A DNA stretch of 64,000 nt. Source: Auanema rhodensis. Lineage: Eukaryota > Animalia > Nematoda. The notes beneath the pieces are model-generated. The model saw only the letters and a list, made by a program, of their open reading frames with translations, was not told the origin of the DNA and did not search any database. Shown one piece after another: positions 26,957-41,900 of the stretch. The position numbers and the translations under genes were made by a program. Positions within the stretch are counted from its first letter, which is position 1. Each line of letters opens with the position of its first letter. The DNA is taken from positions 20,212,001 to 20,276,000 of the forward strand of contig OZ059900.1 of NCBI GenBank assembly GCA_964057225.1, in the 5' to 3' direction.

Positions 26957-29900
26957 AACACTAGAAAAATACAAAAACACAGTATTTCCCATGAGAAATA
27001 TTTTATTATGCTGGAAAACCAGTTTTTGGAAATTTCGCTGTAAACAAGGTTTTGACTTACGATTTCATGTGTTCAAACTCATGCAATGTCAATGAAACCT
27101 AGCTCAAAATTGTTCGTACAACGTCTAGTTCCACTTTCACGACAAAAAAACAGGGGTTAGAAAATTAAGGAAATTAGCATATTCTGAGGGCACGCCCCTT
27201 ATGGCTAATATTGATTAAATCGATTTTTGTTCATATGAGTCGTCAAATGCAACGAATTTCAGCGTGTTACATACTAAAATGAAGCATTTTACATGCTGAA
27301 CACTAGAAAAATACAAAAACACAGTATTTCCCATGAGAAATATTTTATTATGCTGGAAAACCAGTTTTTGGAAATTTCGCTGTAAACAAGGTTTTGACTT
27401 ACGATTTCATGTGTTCAAACTCATGCAATGTCAATGAAACCTAGCTCAAAATTGTTCGTACAACGTCTAGTTCCACTTTCACGACAAAAAAACAGGGGTT
27501 AGAAAATTAAGGAAATTAGCATATTCTGAGGGCACGCCCCTTATGGCTAATATTGATTAAATCGATTTTTGTTCATATGAGTCGTTAAATGCAACGAATT
27601 TCAGCGTGTTACATACTAAAATGAAGCATTTTACATGCTGAACACTAGAAAAATACAAAAACACAGTATTTCCCATGAGAAATATTTTATTATGCTGGAA
27701 AACCAGTTTTTGGAAATTTCGCTGTAAACAAGGTTTTGACTTACGATTTCATGTGTTCAAACTCATGCAATGTCAATGAAACCTAGCTCAAAATTGTTCG
27801 TACAACGTCTAGTTCCACTTTCACGACAAAAAAACAGGGGTTAGAAAATTAAGGAAATTAGCATATTCTGAGGGCACGCCCCTTATGGCTAATATTGATT
27901 AAATCGATTTTTGTTCATATGAGTCGCCAAATGCAACGAATTTCAGCGTGTTACATACTAAAATGAAGCATTTTACATGCTGAACACTAGAAAAATACAA
28001 AAACACAGTATTTCCCATGAGAAATATTTTATTATGCTGGAAAACCAGTTTTTGGAAATTTCGCTGTAAACAAGGTTTTGACTTACGATTTCATGTGTTC
28101 AAACTCATGCAATGTCAATGAAACCTAGCTCAAAATTGTTCGTACAACGTCTAGTTCCACTTTCACGACAAAAAAACAGGGGTTAGAAAATTAAGGAAAT
28201 TAGCATATTCTGAGGGCACGCCCCTTATGGCTAATATTGATTAAATCGATTTTTGTTCATATGAGTCGTCAAATGCAACGAATTTCAGCGTGTTACATAC
28301 TAAAATGAAGCATTTTACATGCTGAACACTAGAAAAATACAAAAACACAGTATTTCCCATGAGAAATATTTTATTATGCTGGAAAACCAGTTTTTGGAAA
28401 TTTCGCTGTAAACAAGGTTTTGACTTACGATTTCATGTGTTCAAACTCATGCAATGTCAATGAAACCTAGCTCAAAATTGTTCGTACAACGTCTAGTTCC
28501 ACTTTCACGACAAAAAAACAGGGGTTAGAAAATTAAGGAAATTAGCATATTCTGAGGGCACGCCCCTTATGGCTAATATTGATTAAATCGATTTTTGTTC
28601 ATATGAGTCGTCAAATGCAACGAATTTCAGCGTGTTACATACTAAAATGAAGCATTTTACATGCTGAACACTAGAAAAATACAAAAACACAGTATTTCCC
28701 ATGAGAAATATTTTATTATGCTGGAAAACCAGTTTTTGGAAATTTCGCTGTAAACAAGGTTTTGACTTACGATTTCATGTGTTCAAACTCATGCAATGTC
28801 AATGAAACCTAGCTCAAAATTGTTCGTACAACGTCTAGTTCCACTTTCACGACAAAAAAACAGGGGTTAGAAAATTAAGGAAATTAGCATGTTCTGAGGG
28901 CACGCCCCTTATGGCTAATATTGATTAAATCGATTTTTGTTCATATGAGTCGTCAAATGCAACGAATTTCAGCGTGTTACATACTAAAATGAAGCATTTT
29001 ACATGCTGAACACTAGAAAAATACAAAAACACAGTATTTCCCATGAGAAATATTTTATTATGCTGGAAAACCAGTTTTTGGAAATTTCGCTGTAAACAAG
29101 GTTTTGACTTACGATTTCATGTGTTCAAACTCATGCAATGTCAATGAAACCTAGCTCAAAATTGTTCGTACAACGTCTAGTTCCACTTTCACGACAAAAA
29201 AACAGGGGTTAGAAAATTAAGGAAATTAGCATATTCTGAGGGCACGCCCCTTATGGCTAATATTGATTAAATCGATTTTTGTTCATATGAGTCGTCAAAT
29301 GCAACGAATTTCAGCGTGTTACATACTAAAATGAAGCAATTTACATGCTGAACACTAGAAAAATACAAAAACACAGTATTTCCCATGAGAAATATTTTAT
29401 TATGCTGGAAAACCAGTTTTTGGAAATTTCGCTGTAAACAAGGTTTTGACTTACGATTTCATGTGTTCAAACTCATGCAATGTCAATGAAACCTAGCTCA
29501 AAATTGTTCGTACAACGTCTAGTTCCACTTTCACGACAAAAAAACAGGGGTTAGAAAATTAAGGAAATTAGCATATTCTGAGGGCACGCCCCTTATGGCT
29601 AATATTGATTAAATCGATTTTTGTTCATATGAGTCGTCAAATGCAACGAATTTCAGCGTGTTACATACTAAAATGAAGCATTTTACATGCTGAACACTAG
29701 AAAAATACAAAAACACAGTATTTCCCATGAGAAATATTTTATTATGCTGGAAAACCAGTTTTTGGAAATTTCGCTGTAAACAAGGTTTTGACTTACGATT
29801 TCATGTGTTCAAACTCATGCAATGTCAATGAAACCTAGCTCAAAATTGTTCGTACAACGTCTGGTTCCACTTTCACGACAAAAAAACAGGGGTTAGAAAA

Positions 29901-32900
29901 TTAAGGAAATTAGCATGTTCTGAGGGCACGCCCCTTATGGCTAATATTGATTAAATCGATTTTTGTTCATATGAGTCGTCAAATGCAACGAATTTCAGCG
30001 TGTTACATACTAAAATGAAGCATTTTACATGCTGAACACTAGAAAAATACAAAAACACAGTATTTCCCATGAGAAATATTTTATTATGCTGGAAAACCAG
30101 TTTTTGGAAATTTCGCTGTAAACAAGGTTTTGACTTACGATTTCATGTGTTCAAACTCATGCAATGTCAATGAAACCTAGCTCAAAATTGTTCGTACAAC
30201 GTCTAGTTCCACTTTCACGACAAAAAAACAGGGGTTAGAAAATTAAGGAAATTAGCATATTCTGAGGGCACGCCCCTTATGGCTAATATTGATTAAATCG
30301 ATTTTTGTTCATATGAGTCGTCAAATGCAACGAATTTCAGCGTGTTACATACTAAAATGAAGCATTTTACATGCTGAACACTAGAAAAATACAAAAACAC
30401 AGTATTTCCCATGAGAAATATTTTATTATGCTGGAAAACCAGTTTTTGGAAATTTCGCTGTAAACAAGGTTTTGACTTACGATTTCATGTGTTCAAACTC
30501 ATGCAATGTCAATGAAACCTAGCTCAAAATTGTTCGTACAACGTCTAGTTCCACTTTCACGACAAAAAAACAGGGGTTAGAAAATTAAGGAAATTAGCAT
30601 ATTCTGAGGGCACGCCCCTTATGGCTAATATTGATTAAATCGATTTTTGTTCATATGAGTCGTCAAATGCAACGAATTTCAGCGTGTTACATATTAAAAT
30701 GAAGCATTTTACATGCTGAACACTAGAAAAATACAAAAACACAGTATTTCCCATGAGAAATATTTTATTATGCTGGAAAACCAGTTTTTGGAAATTTCGC
30801 TGTAAACAAGGTTTTGACTTACGATTTCATGTGTTCAAACTCATGCAATGTCAATGAAACCTAGCTCAAAATTGTTCGTACAACGTCTAGTTCCACTTTC
30901 ACGACAAAAAAACAGGGGTTAGAAAATTAAGGAAATTAGCATATTCTGAGGGCACGCCCCATATGGCTAATATTGATTAAATCGATTTTTGTTCATATGA
31001 GTCGTCAAATGCAACGAATTTCAGCGTGTTACATACTAAAATGAAACATTTTACATGCTGAACACTAGAAAAATACAAAAACACAGTATTTCCCATGAGA
31101 AATATTTTATTATGCTGGAAAACCAGTTTTTGGAAATTTCGCTGTAAACAAGGTTTTGACTTACGATTTCATGTGTTCAAACTCATGCAATGTCAATGAA
31201 ACCTAGCTCAAAATTGTTCGTACAACGTCTAGTTCCACTTTCACGACAAAAAAACAGGGGTTAGAAAATTAAGGAAATTAGCATATTCTGAGGGCACGCC
31301 CCTTATGGCTAATATTGATTAAATCGATTTTTGTTCATATGAGTCGTCAAATGCAACGAATTTCAGCGTGTTACATACTAAAATGAAGCATTTTACATGC
31401 TGAACACTAGAAAAATACAAAAACACAGTATTTCCCATGAGAAATATTTTATTATGCTGGAAAACCAGTTTTTGGAAATTTCGCTGTAAACAAGGTTTTG
31501 ACTTACGATTTCATGTGTTCAAACTCATGCAATGTCAATGAAACCTAGCTCAAAATTGTTCGTACAACGTCTAGTTCCACTTTCACGACAAAAAAACAGG
31601 GGTTAGAAAATTAAGGAAATTAGCATATTCTGAGGGCACGCCCCTTATGGCTAATATTGATTAAATCGATTTTTGTTCATATGAGTCGTCAAATGCAACG
31701 AATTTCAGCGTGTTACATACTAAAATGAAGCATTTTACATGCTGAACACTAGAAAAATACAAAAACACAGTATTTCCCATGAGAAATATTTTATTATGCT
31801 GGAAAACCAGTTTTTGGAAATTTCGCTGTAAACAAGGTTTTGACTTACGATTTCATGTGTTTAAACTCATGCAATGTCAATGAAACCTAGCTCAAAATTG
31901 TTTGTACAACGTCTAGTTCCACTTTCACGACAAAAGAACAGGGGTTAGAAAATTAAGGAAATTAGCATATTCTGAGGGCACGCCCCTTATGGCTAATATT
32001 GATTAAATCGATTTTTGTTCATATGAGTCGTCAAATGCAACGAATTTCAGCGTGTTACATACTAAAATGAAGCATTTTACATGCTGAACACTAGAAAAAT
32101 ACAAAAACACAGTATTTCCCATGAGAAATATTTTATTATGCTGGAAAACCAGTTTTTGGAAATTTCGCTGTAAACAAGGTTTTGACTTACGATTTCATGT
32201 GTTTAAACTCATGCAATGTCAATGAAACCTAGCTCAAAATTGTTCGTACAACGTCTAGTTCCACTTTCACGACAAAAAAACAGGGGTTAGAAAATTAAGG
32301 AAATTAGCATATTCTGAGGGCACGCCCCTTATGGCTAATATTGATTAAATCGATTTTTGTTCATATGAGTCGTCAAATGCAACGAATTTCAGCGTGTTAC
32401 ATACTAAAATGAAGCATTTTACATGCTGAACACTAGAAAAATACAAAAACACAGTATTTCCGATGAGAAATATTTTATTATGCTGGAAAACCAGTTTTTG
32501 GAAATTTCGCTGTAAACAAGGTTTTGACTTACGATTTCATGTGTTCAAACTCATGCAATGTCAATGAAACCTAGCTCAAAATTGTTCGTACAACGTCTAG
32601 TTCCACTTTCACGACAAAAAAACAGGGGTTAGAAAATTAAGGAAATTAGCATATTCTGAGGGCACGCCCCTTATGGCTAATATTGATTAAATCGATTTTT
32701 GTTCATATGAGTCGTCAAATGCAACGAATTTCAGCGTGTTACATACTAAAATGAAGCATTTTACATGCTGAACACTAGAAAAATACAAAAACACAGTATT
32801 TCCCACGAGAAATATTTTATTATGCTGGAAAACCAGTTTTTGGAAATTTCGCTGTAAACAAGGTTTTGACTTACGATTTCATGTGTTCAAACTCATGCAA

Positions 32901-34822
32901 TGTCAATAAAACCTAGCTCAAAATTGTTCGTACAACGTCTAGTTCCACTTTCACGACAAAAAAACAGGGGTTAGAAAACTAAGGAAATTAGCATATTCTG
33001 AGGGCACGCCCCTTATGGCTAATATTGATTAAATCGATTTTTGTTCATATGAGTCGTCAAATGCAACGAATTTCAGCGTGTTACATACTAAAATGAAGCA
33101 TTTTACATGCTGAACACTAGAAAAATACAAAAACACAGTATTTCCCATGAGAAATATTTTATTATGCTGGAAAACCAGTTTTTGGAAATTTCGCTGTAAA
33201 CAAGGTTTTGACTTACGATTTCATGTGTTCAAACTCATGCAATGTCAATGAAACCTAGCTCAAAATTGTTCGTACAACGTCTAGTTCCACTTTCACGACA
33301 AAAAAACAGGGGTTAGAAAATTAAGGAAATTAGCATATTCTGAGGGCACGCCCCTTATGGCTAATATTGATTAAATCGATTTTTGTTCATATGAGTCGTC
33401 AAATGCAACGAATTTCAGCGTGTTACATACTAAAATGAAGCATTTTACATGCTGAACACTAGAAAAATACAAAAACACAGTATTTCCCACGAGAAATATT
33501 TTATTATGCTGGAAAACCAGTTTTTGGAAATTTCGCTGTAAACAAGGTTTTGACTTACGATTTCATGTGTTCAAACTCATGCAATGTAAATGAAACCTAG
33601 CTCAAAATTGTTCGTACAACGTCTAGTTCCACTTTCACGACAAAAAAACAGGGGTTAGAAAATTAAGGAAATTAGCATATTCTGAGGGCACGCCCCTTAT
33701 GGCTAATATTGATTAAATCGATTTTTGTTCATATGAGTCGTCAAATGCAACGAATTTCAGCGTGTTACATACTAAAATGAAGCATTTTACATGCTGAACA
33801 CTAGAAAAATACAAAAACACAGTATTTCCCACGAGAAATATTTTATTATGCTGGAAAACCAGTTTTTGGAAATTTCGCTGTAAACAAGGTTTTGACTTAC
33901 GATTTCATGTGTTCAAACTCATGCAATGTCAATGAAACCTAGCTCAAAATTGTTCGTACAACGTCTAGTTCCACTTTCACGACAAAAAAACAGGGGTTAG
34001 AAAATTAAGGAAATTAGCATATTCTGAGGGCACGCCCCTTATGGCTAATATTGATTAAATCGATTTTTGTTCATATGAGTCGTCAAATGCAACGAATTTC
34101 AGCGTGTTACATATTAAAATGAAGCATTTTACATGCTGAACACTAGAAAAATACAAAAACACAGTATTTCCCATGAGAAATATTTTATTATGCTGGAAAA
34201 CCAGTTTTTGGAAATTTCGCTGTAAACAAGGTTTTGACTTACGATTTCATGTGTTCAAACTCATGCAATGTCAATGAAACCTAGCTCAAAATTGTTCGTA
34301 CAACGTCTAGTTCCTTTTTCACGACAAAAAAACAGGGGTTAGAAAATTAAGGAAATTAGCATATTCTGAGGGCACGCCCCTTATGGCTAATATTGATTAA
34401 ATCGATTTTTGTTCATATGAGTCGTCAAATGCAACGAATTTCAGCGTGTTACATACTAAAATGAAGCAATTTACATGCTGAACACTAGAAAAATACAAAA
34501 ACACAGTATTTCCCATGAGAAATATTTTATTATGCTGGAAAACCAGTTTTTGGAAATTTCGCTGTAAACAAGGTTTTGACTTACGATTTCATGTGTTCAA
34601 ACTCATGCAATGTCAATGAAACCTAGCTCAAAATTGTTCGTACAACGTCTAGTTCCACTTTCACGACAAAAAAACAGGGGTAAGAAAATTAGGGAAATTA
34701 GCATATTCTAAGGGCACGCCCCTTATGGCTAATATTGATTAAATCGATTTTTGTTCATATGAGTCGTCAAATGCAACGAATTTCAGCGTGTTACATACTA
34801 AAATGAAGCATTTTACATGCTG

Positions 34823-37800
34823 AACACTAGAAAAATACAAAAACACAGTATTTCCCATGAGAAATATTTTATTATGCTGGAAAACCAGTTTTTGGAAATT
34901 TCGCTGTAAACAAGGTTTTGACTTACGATTTCATGTGTTCAAACTCATGCAATGTCAATGAAACCTAGCTCAAAATTGTTCGTACAACGTCTAGTTCCAC
35001 TTTCACGACAAAAAAACAGGGTTTAGAAAATTAAGGAAATTAGCATATTGTGAGGGCACGCCCCTTATGGCTAATATTGATTAAATCGATTTTTGTTCAT
35101 ATGAGTCGTCAAATGCAACGAATTTCAGCGTGTTACATACTAAAATGAAGCATTTTACATGCTGAACACTAGAAAAATACAAAAACACAGTATTTCCCAT
35201 GAGAAATATTTTATTATGCTGGAAAACCAGTTTTTGGAAATTTCGCTGTAAACAAGGTTTTGACTTACGATTTCATGTGTTCAAACTCATGCAATGTCAA
35301 TGAAACCTAGCTCAGAATTGTTCGTACAACATCTGGTTCCACTTTCACGACAAAAAAACAGGGGTTAGAAAATTAAGGAAATTAGCATATTCTGAGGGCA
35401 CGCCCCTTATGGCTAATATTGATTAAATCGATTTTTGTTCATATGAGTCGTCAAATGCAACGAATTTCAGCGTGTTACATACTAAAATGAAGCATTTTAC
35501 ATGCTGAACACTAGAAAAATACAAAAACACAGTATTTCCCATGAGAAATATTTTATTATGCTGGAAAACCAGTTTTTGGAAATTTCGCTGTAAACAAGGT
35601 TTTGACTTACGATTTCATGTGTTCAAACTCATGCAATGTCAATGAAACCTAGCTCAAAATTGTTCGTACAACGTCTAGTTCCACTTTCACGACAAAAAAA
35701 CAGGGGGTAGAAAATTAGGGAAATTAGCATATTCTGAGGGCACGCCCCTTATGGCTAATATTGATTAAATCGATTTTTGTTCATATGAGTCGTCAAATGC
35801 AACGAATTTCAGCGTGTTACATACTAAAATGAAGCATTTTACATGCTGAACACTAGAAAAATACAAAAACACAGTATTTCCCATGAGAAATATTTTATTA
35901 TGCTGGAAAACCAGTTTTTGGAAATTTCGCTGTAAACAAGGTTTTGACTTACGATTTCATGTGTTCAAACTCATGCAATGTCAATGAAACCTAGCTCAAA
36001 ATTGTTCGTACAACATCTAGTTCCACTTTCACGACAAAAAAACAGGGTTTAGAAAATTAAGGAAATTAGCATATTGTGAGGGCACGCCCCTTATGGCTAA
36101 TATTGATTAAATCGATTTTTGTTCATATGAGTCGTCAAATGCAACGAATTTCAGCGTGTTACATACTAAAATGAAGCATTTTACATGCTGAACACTAGAA
36201 AAATACAAAAACACAGTATTTCCCATGAGAAATATTTTATTATGCTGGAAAACCAGTTTTTGGAAATTTCGCTGTAAACAAGGTTTTGACTTACGATTTC
36301 ATGTGTTCAAACTCATGCAATGTCAATGAAACCTAGCTCAAAATTGTTCGTACAACGTCTAGTTCCACTTTCACGACAAAAAAACAGGGTTTAGAAAATT
36401 AAGGAAATTAGCATATTGTGAGGGCACGCCCCTTATGGCTAATATTGATTAAATCGATTTTTGTTCATATGAGTCGTCAAATGCAACGAATTTCAGCGTG
36501 TTACATACTAAAATGAAGCATTTTACATGCTGAACACTAGAAAAATACAAAAACACAGTATTTCCCATGAGAAATATTTTATTATGCTGGAAAACCAGTT
36601 TTTGGAAATTTCGCTGTAAACAAGGTTTTGACTTACGATTTCATGTGTTCAAACTCATGCAATGTCAATGAAACCTAGCTCAAAATTGTTCGTACAACAT
36701 CTAGTTCCACTTTCACGACAAAAAAACAGGGGTTAGAAAATTAAGGAAATTAGCATATTCTGAGGGCACGCCCCTTATGGCTAATATTGATTAAATCGAT
36801 TTTTGTTCATATGAGTCGTCAAATGCAACGAATTTCAGCGTGTTACATACTAAAATGAAGCATTTTACATGCTGAACACTAGAAAAATACAAAAACACAG
36901 TATTTCCCATGAGAAATATTTTATTATGCTGGAAAACCAGTTTTTGGAAATTTCGCTGTAAACAAGGTTTTGACTTACGATTTCATGTGTTCAAACTCAT
37001 GCAATGTCAATGAAACCTAGCTCAAAATTGTTCGTACAACGTCTAGTTCCACTTTCACGACAAAAAAACAGGGGGTAGAAAATTAGGGAAATTAGCATAT
37101 TCTGAGGGCACGCCCCTTATGGCTAATATTGATTAAATCGATTTTTGTTCATATGAGTCGTCAAATGCAACGAATTTCAGCGTGTTACATACTAAAATGA
37201 AGCATTTTACATGCTGAACACTAGAAAAATACAAAAACACAGTATTTCCCATGAGAAATATTTTATTATGCTGGAAAACCAGTTTTTGGAAATTTCGCTG
37301 TAAACAAGGTTTTGACTTACGATTTCATGTGTTCAAACTCATGCAATGTCAATGAAACCTAGCTCAAAATTGTTCGTACAACGTCTAGTTCCACTTTCAC
37401 GACAAAAAAACAGGGTTTAGAAAATTAAGGAAATTAGCATATTGTGAGGGCACGCCCCTTATGGCTAATATTGATTAAATCGATTTTTGTTCATATGAGT
37501 CGTCAAATGCAACGAATTTCAGCGTGTTACATACTAAAATGAAGCATTTTACATGCTGAACACTAGAAAAATACAAAAACACAGTATTTCCCATGAGAAA
37601 TATTTTATTATGCTGGAAAACCAGTTTTTGGAAATTTCGCTGTAAACAAGGTTTTGACTTACGATTTCATGTGTTCAAACTCATGCAATGTCAATGAAAC
37701 CTAGCTCAAAATTGTTCGTACAACATCTAGTTCCACTTTCACGACAAAAAAACAGGGGTTAGAAAATTAAGGAAATTAGCATATTCTGAGGGCACGCCCC

Positions 37801-38926
37801 TTATGGCTAATATTGATTAAATCGATTTTTGTTCATATGAGTCGTCAAATGCAACGAATTTCAGCGTGTTACATACTAAAATGAAGCATTTAACATGCTG
37901 AACACTAGAAAAATACAAAAACACAGTATTTCCCATGAGAAATATTTTATTATGCTGGAAAACCAGTTTTTGGAAATTTCGCTGTAAACAAGGTTTTGAC
38001 TTACGATTTCATGTGTTCAAACTCATGCAATGTCAATGAAACCTAGCTCAAAATTGTTCGTACAACGTCTAGTTCCACTTTCACGACAAAAAAACAGGGG
38101 GTAGAAAATTAGGGAAATTAGCATATTCTGAGGGCACGCCCCTTATGGCTAATATTGATTAAATCGATTTTTGTTCATATGAGTCGTCAAATGCAACGAA
38201 TTTCAGCGTGTTACATACTAAAATGAAGCATTTTACATGCTGAACACTAGAAAAATACAAAAACACAGTATTTCCCATGAGAAATATTTTATTATGCTGG
38301 AAAACCAGTTTTTGGAAATTTCGCTGTAAACAAGGTTTTGACTTACGATTTCATGTGTTCAAACTCATGCAATGTCAATGAAACCTAGCTCAAAATTGTT
38401 CGTACAACATCTAGTTCCACTTTCACGACAAAAAAACAGGGGTTAGAAAATTAAGGAAATTAGCATATTCTGAGGGCACGCCCCTTATGGCTAATATTGA
38501 TTAAATCGATTTTTGTTCATATGAGTCGTCAAATGCAACGAATTTCAGCGTGTTACATACTAAAATGAAGCATTTTACATGCTGAACACTAGAAAAATAC
38601 AAAAACACAGTATTTCCCATGAGAAATATTTTATTATGCTGGAAAACCAGTTTTTGGAAATTTCGCTGTAAACAAGGTTTTGACTTACGATTTCATGTGT
38701 TCAAACTCATGCAATGTCAATGAAACCTAGCTCAAAATTGTTCGTACAACGTCTAGTTCCACTTTCACGACAAAAAAACAGGGGGTAGAAAATTAGGGAA
38801 ATTAGCATATTCTGAGGGCACGCCCCTTATGGCTAATATTGATTAAATCGATTTTTGTTCATATGAGTCGTCAAATGCAACGAATTTCAGCGTGTTACAT
38901 ACTAAAATGAAGCATTTTACATGCTG
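34823..38926 (+). repeat. Trimer HOR (GGGTTT+ATTGTG / ACATCT / GGGGGTAG+TAGGG), irregular
   Basis: The triplet order appears at 34823, 36191 and 37217, with a hybrid monomer at 35849 and a two-monomer remnant at 38243-38926. Confidence 0.8.
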
Positions 38927-41900
38927 AACACTAGAAAAATACAAAAACACAGTATTTCCCATGAGAAATATTTTATTATGCTGGAAAACCAGTTTTTGGA
39001 AATTTCGCTGTAAACAAGGTTTTGACTTACGATTTCATGTGTTCAAACTCATGCAATGTCAATGAAACCTAGCTCAAAATTGTTCGTACAACGTCTAGTT
39101 CCACTTTCACGACAAAAAAACAGGGGTTAGAAAATTAAGGAAATTAGCATATTCTGAGGGCACGCCCCTTATGGCTAATATTGATTAAATCGATTTTTGT
39201 TCATATGAGTCGTCAAATGCAACGAATTTCAGCGTGTTACATACTAAAATGAAGCAATTTACATGCTGAACACTAGAAAAATACAAAAACACAGTATTTC
39301 CCATGAGAAATATTTTATTATGCTGGAAAACCAGTTTTTGGAAATTTCGCTGTAAACAAGGTTTTGACTTACGATTTCATGTGTTCAAACTCATGCAATG
39401 TCAATGAAACCTAGCTCAAAATTGTTCGTACAACGTCTAGTTCCACTTTCACGACAAAAAAACAGGGGTTAGAAAATTAGGGAAATTAGCATATTCTGAG
39501 GGCACGCCCCTTATGGCTAATATTGATTAAATCGATTTTTGTTCATATGAGTCGTCAAATGCAACGAATTTCAGCGTGTTACATACTAAAATGAAGCATT
39601 TTACATGCTGAACACTAGAAAAATACAAAAACACAGTATTTCCCATGAGAAATATTTTATTATGCTGGAAAACCAGTTTTTGGAAATTTCGCTGTAAACA
39701 AGGTTTTGACTTACGATTTCATGTGTTCAAACTCATGCAATGTCAATGAAACCTAGCTCAAAATTGTTCGTACAACGTCTAGTTCCACTTTCACGACAAA
39801 AAAACAGGGTTTAGAAAATTAAGGAAATTAGCATATTGTGAGGGCACGCCCCTTATGGCTAATATTGATTAAATCGATTTTTGTTCATATGAGTCGTCAA
39901 ATGCAACGAATTTCAGCGTGTTACATACTAAAATGAAGCATTTTACATGCTGAACACTAGAAAAATACAAAAACACAGTATTTCCCATGAGAAATATTTT
40001 ATTATGCTGGAAAACCAGTTTTTGGAAATTTCGCTGTAAACAAGGTTTTGACTTACGATTTCATGTGTTCAAACTCATGCAATGTCAATGAAACCTAGCT
40101 CAAAATTGTTTGTTTAACGTCTAGTTCCACTTTCACGACAAAAAAACAGGGGTTAGAAAATTAAGGAAATTAGCATATTCTGAGGGCACGCCCCTTATGG
40201 CTAATATTGATTAAATCGATTTTTGTTCATATGAGTCGTCAAATGCAACGAATTTCAGCGTGTTACATACTAAAATGAAGCATTTTACATGCTGAACACT
40301 AGAAAAATACAAAAACACAGTATTTCCCATGAGAAATATCTTATTATGCTGGAAAACCAGTTTTTGGAAATTTCGCTGTAAACAAGGTTTTGACTTACGA
40401 TTTCATGTGTTCAAACTCATGCAATGTCAATGAAACCTAGCTCAAAATTGTTCGTACAACGTCTAGTTCCACTTTCACGACAAAAAAACAGGGTTTAGAA
40501 AATTAAGGAAATTAGCATATTGTGAGGGCACGCCCCTTATGGCTAATATTGATTAAATCGATTTTTGTTCATATGAGTCGTCAAATGCAACGAATTTCAG
40601 CGTGTTACATACTAAAATGAAGCATTTTACATGCTGAACACTAGAAAAATACAAAAACACAGTATTTCCCATGAGAAATATTTTATTATGCTGGAAAACC
40701 AGTTTTTGGAAATTTCGCTGTAAACAAGGTTTTGACTTACGATTTCATGTGTTCAAACTCATGCAATGTCAATGAAACCTAGCTCAAAATTGTTCGTACA
40801 ACGTCTAGTTCCACTTTCACGACAAAAAAACAGGGGGTAGAAAATTAGGGGAAATTAGCATATTCTGAGGGCACGCCCCTTATGGCTAATATTGATTAAA
40901 TCGATTTTTGTTCATATGAGTCGTCAAATGCAACGAATTTCAGCGTGTTACATACTAAAATGAAGCATTTTACATGCTGAACACTAGAAAAATACAAAAA
41001 CACAGTATTTCCCATGAGAAATATTTTATTATGCTGGAAAACCAGTTTTTGGAAATTTCGCTGTAAACAAGGTTTTGACTTACGATTTCATGTGTTCAAA
41101 CTCATGCAATGTCAATGAAACCTAGCTCAAAATTGTTCGTACAACGTCTAGTTCCACTTTCACGACAAAAAAACAGGGGTTAGAAAATTAAGGAAATTAG
41201 CATATTCTGAGGGCACGCCCCTTATGGCTAATATTGATTAAATCGATTTTTGTTCATATGAGTCGTCAAATGCAACGAATTTCAGCGTGTTACATACTAA
41301 AATGAAGCAATTTACATGCTGAACACTAGAAAAATACAAAAACACAGTATTTCCCATGAGAAATATTTTATTATGCTGGAAAACCAGTTTTTGGAAATTT
41401 CGCTGTAAACAAGGTTTTGACTTACGATTTCATGTGTTCAAACTCATGCAATGTCAATGAAACCTAGCTCAAAATTGTTCGTACAACGTCTAGTTCCACT
41501 TTCACGACAAAAAAACAGGGGTTAGAAAATTAGGGAAATTAGCATATTCTGAGGGCACGCCCCTTATGGCTAATATTGATTAAATCGATTTTTGTTCATA
41601 TGAGTCGTCAAATGCAACGAATTTCAGCGTGTTACATACTAAAATGAAGCATTTTACATGCTGAACACTAGAAAAATACAAAAACACAGTATTTCCCATG
41701 AGAAATATTTTATTATGCTGGAAAACCAGTTTTTGGAAATTTCGCTGTAAACAAGGTTTTGACTTACGATTTCATGTGTTCAAACTCATGCAATGTCAAT
41801 GAAACCTAGCTCAAAATTGTTCGTACAACGTCTAGTTCCACTTTCACGACAAAAAAACAGGGGTTAGAAAATTAAGGAAATTAGCATATTCTGAGGGCAC

